Assembly: GCA_000091205.1 (NCBI GenBank)
Contig: AP006498.2
Reading direction: 5' to 3' (one strand)
DNA from: Cyanidioschyzon merolae
Lineage: Eukaryota
Length of the DNA: 64,000 bases
A program made the translations under genes and the position numbers. Numbering within the stretch: the stretch's first letter is position 1; each line of letters begins with the position of its first letter. Under the pieces are notes generated by a model, which was given only the letters and a program-made list of their open reading frames with translations, was not told the origin of the DNA and made no database searches. Below, one piece after another: positions 52,805 to 63,700 of this stretch.

Positions 52805-53650
52805 TTAAAACACGTTTGGAATGAAAGCCTTCACTCGCGCGGCATACTCTTCATACTCTTTGCCGAAGCGCTCAATAAGATATTTCTCCTCTTCAGTTGC
52901 TTTGCGAGTGAAGAAGTAAAACAGCGCTAACGTTAAAACTAAACGTTCCGGAGAATGCGAAACCGTTGAAAATCCAAAACTGGTCAGAACTATCCCAGTA
53001 TAGATCGGATGCCGCATGAGGCCGTACAAGCCGTCAGTTTTCAGAGCGGCGCTCGCCGGCGGCTTCACCCAAGGCACAAAATTCTCAGGACCGAGCTCTC
53101 GGATAGCCTGCACGACAACGTATATGCCCAGGAAAAGAGGCACAGGCCCCATAAGGAAACCGAAGACGGGATCAAGTGCTCCTGGATCGCGCAAAATCAG
53201 TAGTATGAGAGCAAGTTGTATAACAACGTAAGTCTCACCGCGATTGAACCATTCGCCGGCCACCGTGTTGTCTAAGACTCTTTTCCAGTATGCAGCTGAA
53301 TCACGAGAAAACTTTTCCACGTCGAAATTAGCTATTTTCTTCGAAATTGCTTCGGGTATTTTCTCGATGCTTTCCAATACCTTTTGCAGTTTCTCTCCCA
53401 GTTCAACAGTTACAGACTCGTTTGCTGGAGTCGCATCTACAATTTCAGGTGCGCTTTTACTCGCTTTAGGCGCTTCGTCGACCTTCCGCATCAGCAGCGT
53501 TGCTCGCTGTGCACGCGAACTTGGAGTACAAGCCAAACCAGTCCTCCCGGAGTGCCGGCGGCTCGTTGATCGCCCCCACAGTGGCGAGAGCGTTTCACGA
53601 CACAGTGCCGCTGGCACAAAGGCAAGCTCATCTCCCGCAAGAAAAGTCAT
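52805..53650 (-). CDS. ICMT/PEMT-family integral-membrane methyltransferase
   Basis: The C-terminal DGLYGLMRHPIYTGIVLTSFGF...EEEKYLIERFGKEYEEYAARVKAFIP carries the RHPxY and EE..L...FG..Y..Y signatures. The start was placed at Met-61 of ORF 52805-53830, because the first 25 codons overlap a tandem repeat. Confidence 0.7.
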   Translation of the reverse strand: MTFLAGDELAFVPAALCRETLSPLWGRSTSRRHSGRTGLACTPSSRAQRATLLMRKVDEAPKASKSAPEIVDATPANESVTVELGEKLQKVLESIEKIPEAISKKIANFDVEKFSRDSAAYWKRVLDNTVAGEWFNRGETYVVIQLALILLILRDPGALDPVFGFLMGPVPLFLGIYVVVQAIRELGPENFVPWVKPPASAALKTDGLYGLMRHPIYTGIVLTSFGFSTVSHSPERLVLTLALFYFFTRKATEEEKYLIERFGKEYEEYAARVKAFIPNVF

Positions 53651-53756
53651 TTGTGGCTGTACTCTGCGTCGCGAACGTTCTCTCTCGGGCTCTTTGTACA
53701 GGCGTGACACCCGCACGTTCTGTCGACGCCGCAAATACGCGCCATACATTGTCATA

Positions 53757-53900
53757 CACTTCATGCGATCGACATGGACAAGGCGTCCGTGGCACTCCAT
53801 TGGTGCAGGTATGTCTGTAAATGTACACAACTAGCGATACGCATCATGCGAGCGACACGGACAGGGCGCCCGTGGCAGCACATTGGTGTATAAATGTCTA
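53757..53900 (+). repeat. About 72-bp tandem repeat x2 in the divergent intergenic region between the methyltransferase gene and eL31
   Basis: catgcgatcgacatggacaaggcgtccgtggcactccattggtgcaggtatgtctgtaaatgtacac and catgcgagcgacacggacagggcgcccgtggcagcacattggtgtataaatgtctaataaggtacac. Confidence 0.6.
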
Positions 53901-54016
53901 ATAAGGTACACGGCAAGGTCGCCGCGTGTCGCTGCGTCGCCATTCCGCGAAATAAGCTACTGTGTGCAGCGCTCGACGCTGGAGTGGGGCGTTATCGTTC
54001 GTTAGGCTCGTGAGTC

Positions 54017-54370
54017 ATGGTGCGTGCGACCAAGCAGGCTTTACTAAAGGAAGACGTTACAAGAGAGTACACGATCCACCTTCATAAATACATCCACAGC
54101 GTCGTATTCAAAAAGAGAGCACCGCGAGCGATCGCAGCAATAAAGGCGTTCGCACGACGGACCATGGGTACCGAAGACGTGCGAATCGACGCCAAAGTCA
54201 ATAAGGAAGTGTGGAAAAATGGCATTCGGGGCGTTCCAAACCGTGTGCGTGTCCGGCTCTCGAGGAGAAGAGCGGATACGGATGCGTCCAAACCGAAGCT
54301 TTACACGTACGTGACACTCGTGCCGGTAACCAGCTTTCGAGGCTTGCAGACCGTGAACGTAGATGAGTAA
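54017..54370 (+). CDS. RPL31: 60S ribosomal protein eL31
   Basis: The 117-aa [73 protein letters not shown]...[23 protein letters not shown] is collinear with the eukaryotic L31e consensus. Confidence 0.85.
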   Translation: MVRATKQALLKEDVTREYTIHLHKYIHSVVFKKRAPRAIAAIKAFARRTMGTEDVRIDAKVNKEVWKNGIRGVPNRVRVRLSRRRADTDASKPKLYTYVTLVPVTSFRGLQTVNVDE

Positions 54371-56384
54371 CCTATTGAAGCCAAGCTGTTCTTTCCACTC
54401 TCAACAGGGCTAAGCCTCGTTCGCAGTCTGTCTTATGGAAGAGTCGGAAGAGTGCCCATGGGATTCAACAAGGATGCGCGCACATATTGCGAGGCGCACT
54501 TCAGAGGGACGCGCTGCATGGTCGCGGCCTACGCGAGTCAGTGCGGGCAGTCTCAGTTCGGCTTTTCTACGGCATTTTCTTACGACAACGCTCGGCTCAA
54601 AGTATTTGTGATTGAGAGCTGAGGCAGCCGCGGGATACCATGTGTATCGAGAAGTACTGTGGGCCTTGTGGAATAGTAGCATTCTGCACATGGGAGCTGC
54701 AGTTGTTTCCGCTTTCAGCCTAATGCCCTGCTATTTCACATCGACAAAGATGTAAGCCTCCTTGATTTCTGAGGAAATTTCCCTATCTCGGTGCTTTTTA
54801 CAGAGCTTCGAGCTTACCGTGTCTATCGCGTTCGAGGCGCAGGGCAAGGCGCTCAGCGGATGGACGACTCTTTGTACGTGTCATTTCGTGATAAAGCAGG
54901 GAATACACATCGAATGTTCTGGCCAGCGCTGTCCACGGGCATGGCGTCCAAATAAAGCTGAGGATATGGAATCCATAGCGTGCATACGCCTTCTTGGTTC
55001 CAGAGCGTGCTTCCCGGTAGCGTGTCGACGTGTGCGGACTGTTGTGGGTGCGGAAGTAATCCTATGCAAACCGCGTTCCGTCTACGTGCCAGGGCAATGT
55101 GTGTTTCCGGTGCGGCATAATATATTGCTCAGAGTGGCGTGTGTCCATGAGAACCCCAAAAACTTGGTAAGCAGCATGGGCAAACTTCTCTCTGAAAGTG
55201 GCTTGAAAAAGTATCGTCTGCTGTACCTGGAACAAGTCGACTTGTAGCTGCCGGCTAAATGCTCCAGTCTCTGATTGCACATGAAACACGCTGCGTGGAA
55301 ACGCTACTTGTCATGACGTGGGACGCATGCTGCTATGAAAGTTGACGCCAAGTGGTATGCCGTTCGTTTCCGTTCCGCTTTGCCTGTACCGCCTCGAGGC
55401 ACATACCAGCATATATGTATAGCCCTTGGAGCTTCGTTGCGCATCGAGCTCTTGATAATTGGATGTCTTCATAGCCTTGGAAATTCTCGGCAAGCACGTT
55501 ATGCGGCTCTGAAATCTTGCACGACGAGCGAATGGATTCCCATACATCACTGGTTCAAGCCTCGAGCGAAAATTTGCCCCAGAATTGATGACGAACACAG
55601 ATGTAATCATGCACAGGCGATCTAAGTGTCGCCTTGACAGTCATCCATGGAGCGGACTTGCATGAACAGCGCATACAGTAAACTAGAAACTCGTTGATCC
55701 TCGAGAGCTGTATGTAGCGAGCTTGGGCTGGAAACCGAACAACGACTTGGTGTTCTATGCAGTTAGATTTTATTTCGTTTGATCAAATTCCCTTCAAGTG
55801 CGCGTTGTGGTATCCCCGAGAAGCGGTGGCTGAACGTTGACTTTCGCCCGGCCTGTCACACCGCTGCGTGATACAGTCCTGTAGCGCATTGGCCTGTCAA
55901 ACCATGGACTTTTTGCGCTGCAGTGGAAACAGCGGTATTCGTGGCACGATCCTTGTTTGCAGCGCTGCAATGCCCGATAACTTGCGCGATGGCGCATCCG
56001 CTACCGCCATCCAGCCTAATGTATGAGGCGTGTCGTCACCCGTCTAAAGACACTGCATTAACAAACCAGTATGCCTCATGCGCTCCACTCTATAGTGTCA
56101 AATGTGTGGCGATCTTGTGGAGCCTTAGTCTCGCCAACGATCCTGGTGACGCACGGAGGTCCCGTATTCTACGATCCAGTGCAGCTTTCTTGGAAGCTGC
56201 CAAAAGCACCCATCATAACTAAATCTCTCAAGTTGTCGAAGGTTGCATACTGGAGGGTTTCTGGGTCATCTGTCCAATCCAGATAAGAATACCTCACCAC
56301 GAACAGCCCAGCAGAAGGTCACAAAGCGGAAAGTAAGCACAGTTATTCGGACCGCTCTTTATCGCGCTCTTTCAAGTGCCCCGA

Positions 56385-59300
56385 TCACGCCTGCGGGCCC
56401 TGATCTGTGCGCGTGTCGCCGCACATGCAGTGCTCAAGCTCACGCTCAAGAAGGGAATCACAGGCATCCTCTGCATCTGGCGATAGGGCTTCTGCTTGCC
56501 GGTGATTGGGAAAGCCAAGTGACGCCCCCGAGAGGTCTCGCTCCCCAACATTGTTGCAGGGAGCTTCTCCGTCATCACAGGAGTCCGGGATGTGCCCCGT
56601 CCTCCAAGGGACGTGCTCCTGTGCAAACTCTCGCCCCTCCTCTGCCTCGGAGGCAGGGGAAACAGCGTGCAAGCCGTGCTGCAAGCGCTCGGCACGAAGA
56701 CTAGCCATCTGCGCGCGGTATGCCTCCAAGTTCACAAGCTTAGAGATGCTGGATCCATCCTGTCCCGATGCGCGTTGTGCAACAGAATCCCCAGCGAATG
56801 TTGCAGAAGCGCTTTCACCGTCATCAAGTAGATGCTCCAGTTCATTGGCGCGGCGCATATCCTCCGCAGAACAGACTAACCAAGTGGGTTTCACAATGAA
56901 CACGCTATTCATTGCTCTAGCAGTCTGGGTTTTCAGTGTATCGCGGCCTCGTTGCGGATCAGCAATAAGATGGGAAACCTGCGGAAGTACCTCCCGATGG
57001 CATACGGCGCCGAAACGAACCGCTAAGCGCCACAGCTCGTGATCCTCAGGAGCCATCCCAGCATGCTTGGCAAACACACCCGTAAAGCACAGCTCGCAGC
57101 CAGTCAAAACAGAGCGCCGCAGCTCAGCGAGGATATCTTTGATGCTCGCCGGCGGTCGCCAGAGTGGAAGCGAAGCGCTCACGGTATACGCCTTCCCGCG
57201 CTTCACAGGATCCAAACCTCCTGACGGAGGAGGCACTGGTGGTGTCGAGCGCGACTCCGGCGTCGCCTCTGGATGGCAGCGAGGACGAAGTACTCTGCGC
57301 GGGCGACGTGTTGCTCCATCATGTTCCGGGTTAGACCCAGGGGAAGGTTTTTGCGTGGTGCTGCTCTCCGCCAGGGTACCACTGGTGATACGGTTTTGTT
57401 CATCGCCTTCAGCGAGCGCCAGCGCTGCCGTGCGACGCAGCAGGTTCTGACGGAGTTGCGTTGCAGGCGACGGAGAGCGCCTCTGCTCCCTCGCTCGCTC
57501 GGGAAAGCGGTTCCGCGTTTTCTTCGTCGGCGCGACACTTTGGCGCTCACTCGAGTCAGCTATTGTGGGCTTGTCGTATCGCCCAATTTCTCCTTCACAG
57601 TTCGGATCAATCGTGAAAGACGTTCGTTCTGAGACGCTATCTTTCAATGCAATTCCGCCCGTGTTCATCTCTCTGGAAGCCGAAAGATTCCGTTTTCTTC
57701 CGGTTCGCGTGTAACCCACTGCACTACCCAGCGTTGCCCACGCAGTCGAACCCGAGTCAGCACTCTGCTTGCCGCTCTCCCCGTTGCTACGTTTCAGGCT
57801 TTGCTCCAAGAGTCGTCGAGAGCGGCGAATGATTTTGCCATCCGCACAAGACTCCCCTCCGAGGGCTTGTGATATCAGCAAAAAAGTGGAACCAGACTCC
57901 ACCTGTGCAGGCGTATTCCTATCGACCATGCTGTCCCAGGACCGCTGTGTTATGGGCGTCGGCGTATCGCCAAGCCCGTCAGTTCGGCTCTGTTCAGAGA
58001 GATCGCCCTTTGTGGAGAAACTGAGGCCTGGGTCGCGCTCTTCCTCGGCGACGTCCGCAGCCGCAGTGAAATCATGCACAGTCGGCGCTGGAGACGGTGA
58101 CGCTATCGCCGCACTCTCGTCGTCATCGTCGTCGTCGTCAACATTTTCGTCTTCCGCACCATCAGAGTCTGCGACATGAAGGCTTCGAGCTTCGACAACC
58201 ACGGAACTAGCTTGGTTGCCATCTGCAAACTCGCCACCGCCGTCAGTTCCCAGAATGCTGCTGGGATAATCCTTCGCACCGCCAGTTCCTAAATCGTACG
58301 TAAATGCAAGGTTGGCATCTTCTGCGTGTAGAATCCGTGCTGCGCCCGTCGCTTCTTGAACCTCAAACGTAGCCGGCAACATGCGCATTCCGGTTTCAGC
58401 GGAGAGCGGCGAGTCGGTACCCGACTTGGTCCGTTTCTCGTGGCGGTCCCAAACCATCATCTGCATCGCCCCGGCGGATGTCCCACGATAGACTGCGCAG
58501 CCCCCTTCGTCCGGCATTTTGGAAGGGCCCTTCGTCAGGAACAACTCTGTCGAAGTGCCCTTTGGACTCTGGTTATCGCAATAAGATGGAAACGTATGCA
58601 TGTTTGGTTCCGAGTCGCCATCGTAAGCATTCGAGGCTTTCGCATTGACGGCGGCGCCTGTGCGCTGCAGTAGTTCGCCTCCTCGTGCTTTGTAGCCATG
58701 GATATCAGCCACGGTCGAATAGGAGCCCGGGAGAAATGATCCCTCTGCTTTGGAGGAAGCAATGAGGGGTGATCCTGATAAGGCATTAACCGCCGGATCG
58801 GAGGACGAGCGTTCTTGTGTTGGCTCATGCTGCGGTGCGTTTGCCTGCAAGACAGCCTCGCTTACATTTCCGTCGAGGGTGCGTCGCTCAAGTGGACATT
58901 GATCCGGATAACGTGCAGTTACGGAGTCTGAATGTCGCCTGAGTCGCTGTATCCGTGATCCCTTCTCGAAGACGTCTCGCTCATGTGCTACCTCGGCTAG
59001 CCTCTGCCGAGGATACTCGATCGAAAGCGATTGCAGTTGATCAGACTTGGACACTGAAGTGCTCGGGTCCAACTCACTCGCTGCAATCGGATGCTGCTCG
59101 ATCCCAGATGCTACATATTGGTCGTAGAGGGTGAAAAATCGCTGGTGGCATTCGGCTAGAATTTCCGCAAGCCGTCGGAGATGGCTGTGATCCTGATGAT
59201 CAGCAGCAATCCACTGCTGCAGAAACCATAGGGCGCTCTTCACTGCAGAGCTCGGGCTGTTTTGCGAATTTTCAGACAAGAGTACACCCTCACGAGATGG

Positions 59301-61322
59301 GGCAGGATCCCCATCAACGATCAGGCTCAAGTCCGAATGATCATGAGTATTCGTAAGAATGTCAGTGGTTGCTGTGTGCTGTTCTCGTTGAAAGGTCTCT
59401 TCGAGTCCGCGGAAGAAATAGTATGGCCTTGCTCTAATGAGATTCGGAAAATGGCGTCCGTGCAAAGACTGATCCTGAGCGACCCAAACATCCTCGCGGT
59501 CATCAACAACTAGAACCATTGAATCGTCACAGGGAAACACGTGTTTCAGATTCTTCTGGTTCAGCCGACCATCTTCAAAGTCATCTCTTGAGGTTATCCG
59601 GCCCTGGAACAACCGCTCATCCGAATCGATTATAGAAGCAACAGTGTCCGCATATGGTCGCGAGCCCATCGTGTAAATGTGAAGCTCAAAACGATCCGCG
59701 ATCGTTCTGAGAAATTCATGCAGACCGGGACGTAGTTTGATGTAATAAAGAGACGTATTCGCATCTGCTGTCTGACCAATTCCTTTTGAGCTGTTCGTTT
59801 GCTGCAGGGAGGCCGGGTCAGTCCGCCACCATCTCCAGAATGGAACCAGTTTCGCGTCAGTGGTGTTGTCCAATGGTGCACAACCCCTTGACGCTGAGGT
59901 GTCTTTGCCGATTGCAAAGGCGAAGATCCCAAGTCGCTGGAACAGGTTTTGCAGAAGCCTATCTACGGTTGCAGCAGATTGCTCCGTAGCGTTCAAGTCT
60001 GCCCGATCCGCGGAGACCTTGGATACGACCCGGTTGGGGCTGTCCATCCTAGTCAGCTCCCGGAGGAGACGTTCCGCAATGGGAGCGCTCGGGTCTTGAA
60101 GTATTCGCTCCCATTCGCTTAGCGCCCCCGTGAGCTGTAACGAGGCGTGAAGCGTGCTCGACAGAACGCACAGAATTTCTCGAGCCCTCGGGTCATTCGT
60201 TGCGTGGACTAGTGTGTGATCTAGATCAAGCACAAGCGGCAATTTGCGCTGACGCAACAAGCGTCTTGCATTCTCCTCTGATAGTTCTTCGGCCTTACGA
60301 AGCGAAACGCTGAGCTGATGGTTTTGGTAGGCAACCGGTATGTGGAATTTTCGACTGGATCGAAGGATATCGCTACCTGAATCCTCCATCCAGGCGACAC
60401 GTCTAAACGAAGAACCATGCCCCATGCTGGGACCATACGAAAAAGTGGTACTTTCTTGTGATTGAGGCCGCGCTACCGTGGGTACCGCGCGAGCCTCGCT
60501 TGACACGTCCCTTTGGCAGTTGACGCAAATACCGCGGTAAACAGTCGAATGTGTGCAATACTGCACAGTGCCGATAACCTGGCCAGGTTCGACACGTGCA
60601 GGTGAGAACGCGCACGCACGTATGACCTCAGACAGCTGTTCCTTGTCGCTTTCGGACTCCATAATCGAGGCTAATTTCTGTGCAAGATCAGTTGGTAACT
60701 GTGCCGCCAAATGTTTCAGAGTACCGTTCACTCTGGAAGGCAGGTGAGCTCGGCCTACGCGAAACATTGGCTCCTGTCCACTGCCTTTTCTGGTGACTAG
60801 ACCTGATTGGCCGTTCGTGGTCGAAACAGGACCTTGCCCGCTGTGCTCTGTCTCAAAAAGTACGACTTTAACGCTTTCATCAGTGCGCGAAGGTTGCTCT
60901 ACGCTGAAGCGCACCAGTTCTGCTACAGAACTCCCAGCTGCCACATCCCCACCATCTTCGGCGTACCAGTGCATAATAACATAGAAGGGAAAAGCTACAA
61001 CCTCCGTATTCAGGGAGCGCGTCTCTTTCCTTCCAGCCTTCTCGGAAGCCCAACTCGAGTCGTTCTGAGCCTCGACACTCGCATTAGCCGCGGTGCTGTC
61101 CTCTAAGGGAGTCGTTGAGGAACTCAGCGGTGTCGTGGAGCCTCTCCACGCGGTAGCCTCCGCCGCAGTAGAAACGCTGGAGCTCGTCGAGCACGTGAGC
61201 GCGGCGTCCGCGCACTCGCTGGGGCCTCGAGTCGGACCCTCCAGTACTGGAGGCCAGCAGCTCGGTGCTCGAAGCTCCCACGTTTCCCAGTCCCCTTCCA
61301 TGGCCATATTGGGCCTGCTCAA
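56385..61322 (-). CDS. FCP1: RNA polymerase II CTD phosphatase FCP1-like protein (FCP1-homology phosphatase domain plus C-terminal BRCT), 1645 aa with long low-complexity inserts
   Basis: RKLPLVLDLDHTLVHAT is the DxDx(T/V) catalytic motif. YIKLRPGLHEFLRTIADRFELHIYTMGSRPYADTVASIIDSDERLFQGRITSRDDF...KHVFPCDDSMVLVVDDREDVW is FCP1-homology. The BRCT-like C-terminus is LTGCELCFTGVF...VSHLIADPQRGRDTLKTQTARAMNSVFIVKPTWLVCS. A poly-Asp run (DDDDDDDE) is encoded by (GAC)n at about 58095-58135. Confidence 0.7.
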   Translation of the reverse strand: MSRPNMAMEGDWETWELRAPSCWPPVLEGPTRGPSECADAALTCSTSSSVSTAAEATAWRGSTTPLSSSTTPLEDSTAANASVEAQNDSSWASEKAGRKETRSLNTEVVAFPFYVIMHWYAEDGGDVAAGSSVAELVRFSVEQPSRTDESVKVVLFETEHSGQGPVSTTNGQSGLVTRKGSGQEPMFRVGRAHLPSRVNGTLKHLAAQLPTDLAQKLASIMESESDKEQLSEVIRACAFSPARVEPGQVIGTVQYCTHSTVYRGICVNCQRDVSSEARAVPTVARPQSQESTTFSYGPSMGHGSSFRRVAWMEDSGSDILRSSRKFHIPVAYQNHQLSVSLRKAEELSEENARRLLRQRKLPLVLDLDHTLVHATNDPRAREILCVLSSTLHASLQLTGALSEWERILQDPSAPIAERLLRELTRMDSPNRVVSKVSADRADLNATEQSAATVDRLLQNLFQRLGIFAFAIGKDTSASRGCAPLDNTTDAKLVPFWRWWRTDPASLQQTNSSKGIGQTADANTSLYYIKLRPGLHEFLRTIADRFELHIYTMGSRPYADTVASIIDSDERLFQGRITSRDDFEDGRLNQKNLKHVFPCDDSMVLVVDDREDVWVAQDQSLHGRHFPNLIRARPYYFFRGLEETFQREQHTATTDILTNTHDHSDLSLIVDGDPAPSREGVLLSENSQNSPSSAVKSALWFLQQWIAADHQDHSHLRRLAEILAECHQRFFTLYDQYVASGIEQHPIAASELDPSTSVSKSDQLQSLSIEYPRQRLAEVAHERDVFEKGSRIQRLRRHSDSVTARYPDQCPLERRTLDGNVSEAVLQANAPQHEPTQERSSSDPAVNALSGSPLIASSKAEGSFLPGSYSTVADIHGYKARGGELLQRTGAAVNAKASNAYDGDSEPNMHTFPSYCDNQSPKGTSTELFLTKGPSKMPDEGGCAVYRGTSAGAMQMMVWDRHEKRTKSGTDSPLSAETGMRMLPATFEVQEATGAARILHAEDANLAFTYDLGTGGAKDYPSSILGTDGGGEFADGNQASSVVVEARSLHVADSDGAEDENVDDDDDDDESAAIASPSPAPTVHDFTAAADVAEEERDPGLSFSTKGDLSEQSRTDGLGDTPTPITQRSWDSMVDRNTPAQVESGSTFLLISQALGGESCADGKIIRRSRRLLEQSLKRSNGESGKQSADSGSTAWATLGSAVGYTRTGRKRNLSASREMNTGGIALKDSVSERTSFTIDPNCEGEIGRYDKPTIADSSERQSVAPTKKTRNRFPERAREQRRSPSPATQLRQNLLRRTAALALAEGDEQNRITSGTLAESSTTQKPSPGSNPEHDGATRRPRRVLRPRCHPEATPESRSTPPVPPPSGGLDPVKRGKAYTVSASLPLWRPPASIKDILAELRRSVLTGCELCFTGVFAKHAGMAPEDHELWRLAVRFGAVCHREVLPQVSHLIADPQRGRDTLKTQTARAMNSVFIVKPTWLVCSAEDMRRANELEHLLDDGESASATFAGDSVAQRASGQDGSSISKLVNLEAYRAQMASLRAERLQHGLHAVSPASEAEEGREFAQEHVPWRTGHIPDSCDDGEAPCNNVGERDLSGASLGFPNHRQAEALSPDAEDACDSLLERELEHCMCGDTRTDQGPQA

Positions 61323-61499
61323 GGCGTCTCAGAGCCAAGACGGCTGAGGCTGCTCCGCAGCGTGCGAGGAAAGCGTTCGTTGCAGTTGCACAGCCTTCAT
61401 GCGGCGACCGTCCAGCGACCGCCACCTCGAGATCTTCATCCGCGCGCAGTGCGTCCGACGCGAGCCTGGAGCAGCCGGACCTGTGGCGAAGTCCGACGA

Positions 61500-62520
61500 C
61501 GCTTGGCATAGCTGCACTTCCTGTCGTTCAACGCAATGCTGTTCCGTACCCGCTGCGTATCATTGAATGCTTATTCGATGTTTATAGCAAGAGATCGAGA
61601 TCGTTATGCAATGCACCCTACATACCGCAGACGGGTTGCCTGTATGGTACACTCTGTACTGAGGAGTGTACCGGGAACTGCATGCCTCCTTCAGGTCAGT
61701 CATACCGCATTACTTTGATGGCAGAGGAACGCTGAAAGAAATAACTAGATCTGCTCCGCGCCGAAAACTGGTATTGCCAAAGTATGTTTGCGGTCAATGG
61801 TACAAAAACAACCCGTTGATCTCTTGAGGGAAAGCAAAAGCTGTGATAGGAGCTGCTAGGACTGTCTCTGTTACTCAGTAGCTTGTTCGCTTGATCCTGA
61901 AAACACTGGGACACAGTCGCAAGAAAAGGCAATCTAATTCAGCACCATCTTGCACGGAAATCGCAACGAAAGCGTTCCTAGAACGTTGCGATCGGTATGA
62001 AGCTGAGCAACGCCCGTGTATTTCAGTCGATGTGGCTTGCTTCGGATGAAACGGTCGGAGCGTACATAAGTATTTGCTGGGCGGGAGCCCGGCGTATGTA
62101 CGATCCAACACGAAGAGAATGACGACATTATCATCTGTTCTAGGTACAGTGTATGCATATGGCGGCCTCAGTTTCGCTTATAAAGAAGGCTCATACATCA
62201 GGACCCTTTTCGTCGAATTATTCAAGATTTTCCTCCTCACGTCTGGCGGCGTCATTTTGTTGGACAACGTGGCGTTTCACCATTCCCCTTGCGTTCGAGC
62301 TTTTGCAGATGCGGTTGGGGTAGAACTGCTTTTCACTCCTTCGTACGCTCCTTGGTTAATCCCAGTCCAGGAGTGTTTTCTATCATGAAACGTAATGAGC
62401 GCTCCACTGGGCGTACTGATGAAGCGTTCAGCACACGGTGACACCAGGGCACATTTCGTCTTTCCTCCGCAAGTCCCTGTCTCTCCGGGAGGGTTTTCCC
62501 CTAAGGGCATAAAAAGGTGC
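61500..62520 (+). pseudogene. D-family copy 2: Tc1/mariner-superfamily transposase C-terminal remnant
   Basis: ORF 62074-62388 reads ...GGVILLDNVAFHHSPCVRAFADAVGVELLFTPSYAPWLIPVQECF. DNxxxH is followed 36 residues later by the E of PxxE, the Tc1/mariner DD(34-37)E third catalytic block (compare fqqDNapcHts...lpPYSPDLNPIE). Upstream frames are degraded. Confidence 0.55.
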
Positions 62521-62996
62521 GTTTATTTGAAGGAATAAAAAAATCCGAGGGAAAATTAAGGACATGAAAGTCGGGGATCCTGGCGAGCCGTCATCGCCAG
62601 CTGCCGGAAAACAACGAAAAACTCCTCCGCCCGCCCACCATCGAGCGAAGAAGGACAAGTGACAAAGAAGAAAACAGAAGTTTAGCTAGAAATGGTGTTT
62701 CCTCCAACAGAACAATGAATAGGCTGTTGTAGCATATACAGCATGAGTTCTGGGAGTCCTTCCAAAGGTGAATTCTATCAGAGGCAATAAACGCATGGAG
62801 TACGTGAAGCGAGACTTTACGCTGCTACCAACATCATACGCTATGTGGTGCTGTATACGAGACTACAGGAGCTTAGGCGATATGAGTTTGTAAGGCAGCC
62901 TCTCAGGGACTTGGTGCAAAGAGAAAAACTGAAGCCAATGGCAGGAGGGCGGCCAAAAAGGCTGCGAGGCGTCTTCGGGTGGGTGTCAATTTGCCA
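62520..62996 (+). mobile_element. F-family short copy fused downstream of D copy 2
   Basis: GGACATGAAAGTCGGGGATCCTGGCGAGCC start. A 3-prime part encoding ...RDFTLLPTSYAMWCC...LRDLVQREKLKPMAGGRPKRLRG (degenerate) and the terminus gggtgggtgtcaatttgcc. Minus ORF 62428-62658 mirrors the other copies (DDGSPGSPT). Confidence 0.55.
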
Positions 62997-62999
62997 AGG

Positions 63000-63700
63000 A
63001 TAGCAAGAACAGAAACTAAACACTTACTAGCTGCCCGATAACGATTTCTTCCCGCCTCTACAGTAAGCGTTGAAAGGGAGGGAAGGGTTCCGTATATTCG
63101 AAAGTTTACCTTCTAGGCGGAAGATCCCCCGACCCGGACGAGTCTGCCGGGCTTACGCTCCGTTTGAATCTGCAGTGACGAAAGCTGTGATGAAGTTTGA
63201 GCAGCTCGTCCGAAATGCAAGTTATCCTGGGACTCGGAGCTGATATGCTGCCTCTGGATGTCGCCCTGGTCGCAGTGGACTCCTAGTATATCGCTTCGCG
63301 TTGCCGCAGGCAGTATGTCTGTCTGTACAGTTTCCAGGCTCCCAGAATGATAATGAATCCCAACCTGTGTCGGATGAACCACGCCTCGGTCCGACGCCTC
63401 AGCAGTATGGCAAAGCCGCTCTATCTCCGTTCTGCATCGGCATCAGCGGTATGGGCGCTTTCGCTGGAGCCCAGAGCAGGTACTCGGCACGCGACAGAAT
63501 GTATGAAGCGACCAGTGTGTCCAAGAAGAAGTATCGGTTATGGAACTTGGAGTTAAGGTGCCGCGTGATGGACGCTTTCCCGAAAGCCAAGACCCATCCG
63601 GCAATCTGGAATCCATAGTCTATGTAAATATTCTGTCAAAGAAAAAAGATCGACGCGATCGCTGCCTCTGTTGGATGCTGCCGCCCTCGATGTTTCCCAT
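63000..63700 (+). mobile_element. B-family copy, 5-prime-truncated, abutting the F copy
   Basis: 63050-63290 aligns with 550-830, and 63540-63690 aligns with 940-1080. ORF 63301-63618 matches the minus ORF 27418-27666. The right TIR is degenerate. Confidence 0.5.
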
